From Actinomycetes bacterium (GTDB taxonomy: Bacteria > Actinomycetota > Acidimicrobiia > Acidimicrobiales > JAKAOS01), in contig JAJYPS010000002.1 in NCBI GenBank assembly GCA_021795215.1, positions 2,748-66,747 of the forward strand: a stretch of DNA of 64,000 nt, given 5' to 3'. This document shows positions 48,747 to 55,717 of this stretch, in pieces; position 1 is the stretch's first letter; each line of letters begins with the position of its first letter. Both the position numbers and the translations under genes were made by a program. The notes beneath the pieces were generated by a model. The model saw only the letters and a program-made list of their open reading frames with translations, ran no database searches and had not been told where the DNA came from.

Positions 48747-49862
48747 TCAACCGAGGGGCGCGCGGAGCTCGGCCGTGGCGAAGTCGGCCATCCCCTCCTC
48801 GAACGCGATCCGATGCCGGAATCCCAGGCAGCGGGCCGCGGCCTCCGGGGAAGCGGTTATGTGCCGAACGTCGCCGAGCCGGTACTCGCCCGTCGTCACG
48901 GGAGACGGGGCGCCGGGTCCGAAGGCGGCCGCAAGAGCGTGCGCCATATCGGCGATTGTCCGTACTACCCCCGTCGCTATGTTGTAACACCCCGACGCCG
49001 ATGGTCCGGCCTGCAGAGCGGCCAGATTGGCCCGTGCGATGTCGGATACGTGGATGAAGTCGCGGCGCTGCATACCGTCCTCGAAGACTCGGGGCGGTCG
49101 GCCGGCCTCCAGCAGACTGCGGAAGATGCTGGCCACCCCGGCGTATGGCGTGTCGCGAGGCATCCGCGGTCCGTAGACGTTGTGGTACCGGAGCGATACG
49201 ACCGGGCAACCGACTTCTCTCGAGAACGTCTGGCAGAGGTGCTCCTGATGGAGCTTCGTCGCGGCGTAGATGCTCCGCGGGTCGACCGGCTCGCTCTCGT
49301 CGATCTCGGTCGGCTCGAGCGGCGCCCCGCATTGGGGGCATGGCGGCTCGAAACGGCCGGCCCGCAGGTGCTCCTCTCGGCGAGGCGCCGGCCGCACGCG
49401 GCCGTGGGTGGGACAGCTGTAGCCCCCCTCGCCGTAGACGACCATGCTGGAAGCGAGCACGACCGGACCTCTGAAGGAGCTGGCGAACAGGGCCTTCAGC
49501 AGGGTCGCCGTTCCGAGGTCGTTGTCCGCGACGTAGCCGACGGCGTCGCCGAAGTCGACACCCAGCCCGACCCGCGCCGCCTGATGGCACACGGAGTCGA
49601 CGCCGCTCACGGCTGCGGCGCAGACGTCGGGGGCGCTGACGTCGCCCCACACATACTCCGCCCCCGGGTTCAGGTAGGTGGGTTTGCCCGAATGGGCCGC
49701 CTCGGACAGGTTGTCGAGCACCCGGACCCCGTATCCTTCGGAAAGGAGCAGATCGACGACGTGGGAACCGATGAAACCGGCGCCCCCGGTTACCAGAACG
49801 AGCACGAGTGGTCCCTTCCTGCCCCAAGACGCAGCGCCCGCCGGCGTGCGTGTCGCGGGCAT
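48747..49862 (-). CDS. NAD-dependent epimerase/dehydratase (extended SDR) with zinc-ribbon-like insertion
   Basis: VTGGAGFIGSHVV and the catalytic YxxxK in IYAATKLHQE. The insertion is CPTHG...(22 aa)...CPQCG. Confidence 0.8.
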   Translation of the reverse strand: MPATRTPAGAASWGRKGPLVLVLVTGGAGFIGSHVVDLLLSEGYGVRVLDNLSEAAHSGKPTYLNPGAEYVWGDVSAPDVCAAAVSGVDSVCHQAARVGLGVDFGDAVGYVADNDLGTATLLKALFASSFRGPVVLASSMVVYGEGGYSCPTHGRVRPAPRREEHLRAGRFEPPCPQCGAPLEPTEIDESEPVDPRSIYAATKLHQEHLCQTFSREVGCPVVSLRYHNVYGPRMPRDTPYAGVASIFRSLLEAGRPPRVFEDGMQRRDFIHVSDIARANLAALQAGPSASGCYNIATGVVRTIADMAHALAAAFGPGAPSPVTTGEYRLGDVRHITASPEAAARCLGFRHRIAFEEGMADFATAELRAPLG

Positions 49863-49892
49863 GTTACTGCGGTGCCGAAAGTTGTGAACGGG

Positions 49893-50564
49893 TCAGGACG
49901 GACCCCGGTAGCACCCGGCCACATGCAGGAAAAGTGGTTCGTTGCAACCGCTGCTGAGCCGCTTGGCCCATGTCGTTCCCAACGACCGCATTTCCGGATA
50001 AGTCAGGTAGCGGGATTGCCGCAGTTCTATGCCCTTCGCCGCGAATGCGGGTGCCACCACTTGTGCGACATGGGCGGGAGTCGGGGCGGGCAGGTGGTCG
50101 AACCGTCCCGGCAGGTCGTGCTCCCAGATCCTGGTGTTGAGCGTGAGAGTCAGGTGGGCGCCGGGTGCGCAGAGCCGGGCCAGGCCGCCGACGATCTCCG
50201 GGTCCGCGGTGACGATGCCTTCAAGCAGGCGTCCCCAGGGAAGCTGGACGAACACGGCCGAGGCGGTGCGATGGAGGACGGTCGGAAGCTCCTCGACCGA
50301 CGCGTGGACCAGCAGCAGGTTGGGCGCTCCTCCTTTGGCCTGCTTGCGAGCGGCCCGGCGGGCCGTGGCGGCCATGTTGGCCGCCACCGGGTCGACCCCG
50401 ACCACCAGAGACTCGGCCGTAGAGCGGGCGAGGTGGTAGGCGAAGCGGCCGTCGCCCGTGCCGACGTCGACCACGACATCCCCGTAGGCGGCTCGCAGCG
50501 CCTGGAACCGGTCGTCCGGCACGACGGCACGCTGCCGGTTGGCCATCACGACGGCGAGGCTCAA
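49893..50564 (-). CDS. 16S rRNA (adenine1408-N1)-methyltransferase family protein (KamB/NpmA-like)
   Basis: It is co-linear with NpmA/KamB as I remember them: VVDVGTGDGRF (NpmA HIDLGTGDGR), VGVDP (GIDP), KGGAPNLLLV (KGGLSNVVFV), EELP, QLPWGRLLEGIV (LFPWGTLLEYV) and TTWAKRLSSG (SLWAKRLAFG). Both substrate-stacking Trp positions are conserved. Confidence 0.7.
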   Translation of the reverse strand: MSLAVVMANRQRAVVPDDRFQALRAAYGDVVVDVGTGDGRFAYHLARSTAESLVVGVDPVAANMAATARRAARKQAKGGAPNLLLVHASVEELPTVLHRTASAVFVQLPWGRLLEGIVTADPEIVGGLARLCAPGAHLTLTLNTRIWEHDLPGRFDHLPAPTPAHVAQVVAPAFAAKGIELRQSRYLTYPEMRSLGTTWAKRLSSGCNEPLFLHVAGCYRGPS

Positions 50565-50646
50565 GGATGCTCCCCGGAGTGGGGTGCGGCCGGCTCGCCG
50601 GCCGACGCCTTCGACCAGGGAAGTGGAGCGACCCGGGGCGGAGACG

Positions 50647-51123
50647 TCACTTGTGGTACGGCTCGTTTCGGGCGATGGTCCCGGCCCGGTACAGCTGTTC
50701 GGCCAGCACCAACCGGGCGATCTCGTGGGGCAGCGTCCACGGAGCCAGCGCCAGGAGCAGGTCGGCGCGGCGGCGGCCCTCGTCGGGGAGGCCGAACGCT
50801 CCCCCTACCACGAGCGCGATCGGGCGGCCGGACTCCCTCCGGCTCCGGATAGTGGCGGCGAAGCGCTCCGATGTCATGGACACGCCCGACTGGTCGCAGA
50901 CCCACAGCTCGCGGGAGCCGGGCAGTGCGGCCTCTATCTGCACCCACTCCCGCTGGCGGACCTCGTCAGGCCTGCCGCCCCGAGTCCTGTTCCCACTCAG
51001 CTCCCGCACCTGCAGCGGCCAGTACCTGGCCGCTCGCCGCTCGTAGTCGGCTATTGCGCCGGCCAGGTGAGGATCGGACGGTCTGCCGATCACCACCACG
51101 AGGATCCGGTTGCCGCTGCTCAT
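50647..51123 (-). CDS. rlmH: 23S rRNA (pseudouridine1915-N3)-methyltransferase
   Basis: SPOUT-fold protein of 158 aa with YWPLQVREL ... ALVVGGAFGLPDE ... LAPWTLPHEIARLVLAEQLYRAGTIARNEPYHK. Confidence 0.85.
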   Translation of the reverse strand: MSSGNRILVVVIGRPSDPHLAGAIADYERRAARYWPLQVRELSGNRTRGGRPDEVRQREWVQIEAALPGSRELWVCDQSGVSMTSERFAATIRSRRESGRPIALVVGGAFGLPDEGRRRADLLLALAPWTLPHEIARLVLAEQLYRAGTIARNEPYHK

Positions 51124-51136
51124 TACCCATGAGACG

Positions 51137-52411
51137 CTAAGTGCCGCCGCCTTGGTCCTCGTTTCGCCGGCGGAGCGAGAGCACGAGTCGGTAGGCGTCG
51201 CGGCGGGACATCGGGGCGGCCTGGGCGACCGCGTCGGCCAGCACGCGGGTGGGCACGGCGGGCAAGTTGCGGACCATGCGGCACACCAGGTCGGCCGCAG
51301 GACCGGACAGCTGCTGCTGGATCGCCGGGGCGGGACCGATCACCAGTGTGTACTCTCCCCGCGGCGGCGAGCCGGCCACAACTTCTGCCGCCCGCTCGGT
51401 GCGGGTGCCCACTATCTCCTCGTGGATCTTGGTCAGCTCCCTCGCCACGCACAGGTCCCGGCCGGGCAGAACGGCGGCGACGTCCTCCAGGCACTCCGCC
51501 AAGCGGTGGGGAGCCTCGAACACGACGATCGCTCCCGGATTGGAGCCCAGTTCGGCGAGGGCGGCTCTGCGAGCCGCCGCCTTGCGGGGGAGGAACCCGG
51601 CGAACGTGAACCGGTCGGCCGGTATGCCGCAGGCGGACAGGGCCACGATCGGCGCGCTGGGCCCTGGAACGGGCCGGACGGGGATGCCCGCCTCCCTGGC
51701 CGCCCGGACCAGGGCGAAGCCGGGATCGCTCACGACCGGCGTGCCGGCGTCGGTCACGACCGCCACTCTGGTGCCTGCGGCCAACAGCTCGACCGCCTGG
51801 GCCGCTCCGCGACTCTCGTTTCCCACGTGGTGGCTGCGCAGGTCCTTGATGGCAATCCCGGCGCCTCTGGCCAGGGAGCGGTACTTGCGGGTGTCCTCCG
51901 CCAGCACCACGTCCACCTGCTCCAGCACGCGACGGGCTCGGGGCGACAGGTCCCCGTCGTTGCCGACCGGCAGCCCCACCACGTACAGCGCTCCGGGCCC
52001 GGCAGGTCGGCCCTGCACCGGTTGCAGCGTGACGAGCAGTTCGGCGCCCGGCGCCCGAAGGTCCTCGACGAGCGCCCGGTCCACGTCGGCTGCGGAGGCG
52101 GTGGCGTCGAAAGCGAACGTCCGCTCGGCCAGGTCCGCTCCTCGGCGGAACACCAGTGACGAGCCGCCCAGGAAAGTGGGCGACACGGTGCACTCGAAGC
52201 AGAACCGGTGGCCGCCGGACACGAGCGTCACGCCGATCCTGCCCGATAGCGACCTCAACTGCCCGGCGTCCCAGTGGGCGCCCACGCCCACGATGCAGCT
52301 GCCTCTGGCCGTCAGGTCCGAGTCGGCGGTGATCTCCAGCGACTTGTGGTGTGTGGCGCCGACCAGCGGATGGCCGCGGGCGCGAATGCGGACGGGCGGG
52401 GCGGCTGCCAA
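51137..52411 (-). CDS. rsmI: DUF371 domain fused to 16S rRNA (cytidine1402-2'-O)-methyltransferase
   Basis: The N-terminal ~125 aa read IRARGHPLVGATHHKSLEITADSDLTARGSCIVGVGA (DUF371-like). The RsmI core follows: LYVVGLPVGNDGDLSPRARRVLEQVDVVLAEDTR, TDAGTPVVSDPG, VVFEAPHRL. Confidence 0.75.
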   Translation of the reverse strand: MAAAPPVRIRARGHPLVGATHHKSLEITADSDLTARGSCIVGVGAHWDAGQLRSLSGRIGVTLVSGGHRFCFECTVSPTFLGGSSLVFRRGADLAERTFAFDATASAADVDRALVEDLRAPGAELLVTLQPVQGRPAGPGALYVVGLPVGNDGDLSPRARRVLEQVDVVLAEDTRKYRSLARGAGIAIKDLRSHHVGNESRGAAQAVELLAAGTRVAVVTDAGTPVVSDPGFALVRAAREAGIPVRPVPGPSAPIVALSACGIPADRFTFAGFLPRKAAARRAALAELGSNPGAIVVFEAPHRLAECLEDVAAVLPGRDLCVARELTKIHEEIVGTRTERAAEVVAGSPPRGEYTLVIGPAPAIQQQLSGPAADLVCRMVRNLPAVPTRVLADAVAQAAPMSRRDAYRLVLSLRRRNEDQGGGT

Positions 52412-52416
52412 CGGGT

Positions 52417-53136
52417 TCAGAGGGCGACAGCGGCGCGGCCGTCAGGCTCGCCAGCAGCGCGGCCGTCAGGCTCGACGTCCTGCTGCCAGGGTTGGGGCCT
52501 GATCATGCCGGCGAACCGCTCGGCCAGGCAGGCGTCTCCCGAAAGCTGTACCGTGCCGTCGGCCAGGGCGGTGGCGAGCGTCTTGCGGCCGACGTGCACC
52601 TCCATCCAGTCGGCTGTGGTGGCCCGGAACACGACGTCCGGCTGTCCGGCCTCGCCGGTGAGCACGCTGGCTCCGCCGCGGTCGACCCGTATCGTCCATG
52701 CCCCTCCCTCGGCCCCGCTGAGCAGCACCCACACCGTGAGGCTGCCGCCGCCCAGCGCAGTTCCGTCTATACGGCTCGGCACCGACCGGAAGAAGATCTC
52801 GGGCACCATGTCGTCGTCCGGGCTCGGCGGTCCGAGCGTGTGGCGGGCACCCCACGTTCCCAGGGCGACCAGTACACCGTCCAGCTCGCCGCCCCGTCGA
52901 GTGAGCCCGTAGCGCACCAGCCCGTCCAGCTCCCGCCGCTTCTCCACCAGGCCGGCCGCCTCCATGTCGCGCAGTCGCTGCGTCAGCACGGTCGGAGTGA
53001 GCCGGGGGAAGCTGCGCCGCAGCTCGACGAAGCGGGCCGGACCCTTGGTCAGCTCCCTGACCAGCAGGAGCGTCCACCGTTCACCGACGACGTCCAGCGC
53101 CTTGGCTATGGGGCAGTACTGCCCGTAGGCCTTCAC
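52417..53136 (-). CDS. HxlR-family wHTH regulator with SCP2-like C-terminal domain
   Basis: YCPIAKALDVVGERWTLLLVRELTKGPARFVEL ... TQRLRDMEAAGLV. The C-terminus reads TVQLSGDACLAERFAGMI and ends in the duplicated EPDGRAA(G/V) tail. Confidence 0.8.
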   Translation of the reverse strand: MKAYGQYCPIAKALDVVGERWTLLLVRELTKGPARFVELRRSFPRLTPTVLTQRLRDMEAAGLVEKRRELDGLVRYGLTRRGGELDGVLVALGTWGARHTLGPPSPDDDMVPEIFFRSVPSRIDGTALGGGSLTVWVLLSGAEGGAWTIRVDRGGASVLTGEAGQPDVVFRATTADWMEVHVGRKTLATALADGTVQLSGDACLAERFAGMIRPQPWQQDVEPDGRAAGEPDGRAAVAL

Positions 53137-53145
53137 GGCGACATC

Positions 53146-53195
53146 TTACCGTACCGTAACCCCCGGATAGGTCTTGACTAGTAGGGTACGGTAAC
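53146..53195. promoter_or_regulatory. candidate operator: 10-bp inverted repeat TTACCGTACC ... GGTACGGTAA
   Basis: Perfect 10-bp arms at 53146-53155 and 53186-53195 flank a TTGACT hexamer. They lie in the divergent region between the HxlR gene and the SSS transporter gene. Confidence 0.35.
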
Positions 53196-53210
53196 CACAG
53201 AGCGGACAGT

Positions 53211-54866
53211 ATGGAAATGCTAGTGCTGCGGTGGCGGGTGAGCACAAGGGAGACGGGGGGATTCCAAGTGTCGTACGCGGTGGTGGGTCTGCTGGTGCTG
53301 TACACGGGTCTGCTGGTCTACCTGGGCCGGTTGGGCCGCAAGCGGTCCACCAGCGAGAACTTCATACACGGAGGCCGTCAGTTCTCGGCGGTGCAGGTGT
53401 TCTTCATGATCAGCGCGCTGTGGTGCTCGTGGATCTTCGTGGTGGAGCTGGAGACGGCGTTCCTGTTCGGCCTGTCGGCGCTGTGGTTCGGGGTGGCGGT
53501 GGGGATCATGGCCCTGGCGAGCGTGTACGCGCTGGCGACCCCTATGAGGCGGTTGAGCTATGTGACGAACAGCGGGCTGATCGGCCAACGGTTCGGATCG
53601 GCGGCGAGGTCGCTCGCGGGAGTGGTGATAGCCGTGACGTTCCCGATCTTCGCCATGTCCAACGTCCTGGCGGCAGCTGCTTTCCTGCACGTGGTGCTGG
53701 GATGGCCGCTATTGGTGACGCTGGTCGGTACGGCGGCGGTGATGCTGGCCTACGTGATGCTGGGCGGCATCTGGGCCCTGGCGTACACGCAGATAGCCAA
53801 CTTCGTCGTCATGACGCTGGGGCTGGTGATCGGGGTCGTGGTGGCACTGCACTCGGCGCCGCTGCACCTGATGCAGCACAGGTTGCAGCCGAGGTTCTTC
53901 TCGCTGAGCGGGGTGGGGTTCGGGGTGATGCTGACGTGGCTGTTCTCGGACCTGTTGAACGTGGTCAGTGCGCAGGCGGAGTTCCAGGTGCTGACGGCGG
54001 CGAAGGACCCGGGCACCGCCCGGAGGGGGCTCTACGGGGCGATGGTGTCGATCGTGGCGTTCACGCTGCTGTCGGTGGTGATCGGCATGGCGGCGCGGAC
54101 GGTGGTGGGCGGCAGGGAGCTGGGCGTGTTCGCCCTGCCGCAGCTGTTCATCAGGGGCTCGTCGCCGGTCGTGGTGGCGGTGATGGCGCTGGCGATGTGG
54201 GCGTCGGCGCTGACGTGGTCGGCGCCGCTGATGTTCTCCGGAGCCAGCAGCCTGGGAGCGGACGTACTGGGACTGCTGCGCAGAGGTGCGCTGGGAGGAA
54301 GGCTGCGGTTCTGCGTGCAGGTGTGCCTTCCGCTTCAGGCGGCGCTGATCGTCCTGTACGCCACGCTCCGGCCGCAGGACCTGGCGTGGTGGTCGGTGTT
54401 CTCGCTGACGCTGCGCAACGGGGCGATCTTCGCGCCGACGATCGCGGTGCTGCTGTGGCCTGCAGCGACCCGGCTGGCCGCGGTGGCCAGCATCGCAGGA
54501 GGTGCGCTGGCGGGTCTGGCGTGGAACGTGGGGTCCAACTTCTCGACCACCAAGTTCCTGCTGGGACTGAACCCGATGTGGGTGTCGGCGACCGCCGGCA
54601 TCGGGCTGCTGACGGTGCTGACGCTGGTCGCAAGGACCGACCCGGTGCGTATCCGTCCCGAGAGACTGGCGCGGCCGGGCGTGGTGGCGGCCCTGTCGAC
54701 GTTGGCCGTCTCGGTGGGCCTGATCGTGCTGGCCCGGCCGTCCCTCGTGGCGACGGGGCTTCTGGGGCCGGTCATCCTGATCCTGGCCGTGTCGGTCCTG
54801 GCCGTGTCGGCACAGGTGGCTGGCGAGAGCCGCAGCGGTGCGTCGCCGGTCGCCGTGACTGCTTAG
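53211..54866 (+). CDS. sodium:solute symporter (SSS) family transporter
   Basis: About 13 TM helices with N-terminal landmarks FIHGGRQFSAVQVFFMISALW. The start is uncertain (possibly the GTG near 53268). Confidence 0.6.
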   Translation: MEMLVLRWRVSTRETGGFQVSYAVVGLLVLYTGLLVYLGRLGRKRSTSENFIHGGRQFSAVQVFFMISALWCSWIFVVELETAFLFGLSALWFGVAVGIMALASVYALATPMRRLSYVTNSGLIGQRFGSAARSLAGVVIAVTFPIFAMSNVLAAAAFLHVVLGWPLLVTLVGTAAVMLAYVMLGGIWALAYTQIANFVVMTLGLVIGVVVALHSAPLHLMQHRLQPRFFSLSGVGFGVMLTWLFSDLLNVVSAQAEFQVLTAAKDPGTARRGLYGAMVSIVAFTLLSVVIGMAARTVVGGRELGVFALPQLFIRGSSPVVVAVMALAMWASALTWSAPLMFSGASSLGADVLGLLRRGALGGRLRFCVQVCLPLQAALIVLYATLRPQDLAWWSVFSLTLRNGAIFAPTIAVLLWPAATRLAAVASIAGGALAGLAWNVGSNFSTTKFLLGLNPMWVSATAGIGLLTVLTLVARTDPVRIRPERLARPGVVAALSTLAVSVGLIVLARPSLVATGLLGPVILILAVSVLAVSAQVAGESRSGASPVAVTA

Positions 54867-55000
54867 CCGGACTGGCACGAGGCGGGCGTGGGCGCCGGAT
54901 GGACCAGGTGCGAGCAGGCGACGCCGCCGGACCGGATACGGCCCGGCAGCACGACAGGGCCAGCGCAGCAGGAGCTGGAGCAGGAGAGGCGACAGCGGCA

Positions 55001-55080
55001 CACCCGAGACACCCGAGACACCCGAGACACCCGAGACACCCGAGACACCCGAGACACCCGAGACAGCCAGACACCCGAGA
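55001..55080. repeat. 9-bp microsatellite (CACCCGAGA): 7 perfect copies, 1 degenerate, 1 perfect
   Basis: Perfect copies span 55001-55063, followed by cagccaga and then cacccgaga (55072-55080). The array ends 16 bp upstream of the ATG at 55097, directly before the aaggaa RBS-like sequence. Confidence 0.95.
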
Positions 55081-55096
55081 AAGGAACGTTGCAACC

Positions 55097-55597
55097 ATGA
55101 CGACACTTACCGAATCCCCTACAGGCCTGATAGCGGCGGACTCGACAGAAGCGGACGAGGAGAAGCGCCTGGAGCGTGTGGCGATCATCTGCAGGGCCGG
55201 CACCTACGACACGATGGTGACCGTGCTCGGATGGGCTCACGCGATCTGCATGGACTCCGAGGAGTCGACCGTGGTGGATGTGCTGTTCACCGCGTGGGCG
55301 GCGGACTTCCTGAAACGGGGCAACATCGACCAGGACCGGCTGCTGTTCCCATCCGACTTCCAACCACGCAAGGAGGAGTTCCTCTGTGCGGTGCACCAGC
55401 AGCGGTTCACCACAGCGTACGACGCGCTGAGAGCGGCCAAGGCGACCGGCCGGTTCAACATCTACGCCTGCGCGATGGCCGCCCGCCTGTTCGACGTCAC
55501 GGCGGACAACATGATCCCCGAGGCGACCATCATGGGTCCGGTGGCGTTCCTGCGAGAGAAGGCGCAGTTCGCCGACTTGGTGCTCACGTTCGGGTAG
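55097..55597 (+). CDS. DsrE/DsrF/DrsH-like family protein
   Basis: 166 aa: RVAIICRAGTYDTMVTVLGWAHAI ... FNIYACAMAARLFDV ... GPVAFLREKAQFADLVLTF, matching the DsrE-like fold layout. The rest of track ORF 53231.. is an alternative frame over the SSS gene. Confidence 0.6.
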   Translation: MTTLTESPTGLIAADSTEADEEKRLERVAIICRAGTYDTMVTVLGWAHAICMDSEESTVVDVLFTAWAADFLKRGNIDQDRLLFPSDFQPRKEEFLCAVHQQRFTTAYDALRAAKATGRFNIYACAMAARLFDVTADNMIPEATIMGPVAFLREKAQFADLVLTFG

Positions 55598-55717
55598 GGA
55601 AGGCTACATACGGGCTCGCCCGAGTAAGCGGGCCGGGCAGCTCCGACGGTGCCGAGGAGTGTACCGGGGCCCGTGGGCCGTTCCGGGGCGGTGGGCCGAT
55701 ACCAGGCTGCTGGGTGC

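Noticed and set aside
55001-55080. Tandem arrays at 55001-55080 and 24101-24160, considered as CRISPR arrays.
   Set aside because: The repeats are directly adjacent with no spacers, the units are too short (9 and 20 bp), and there are no cas genes in the window.
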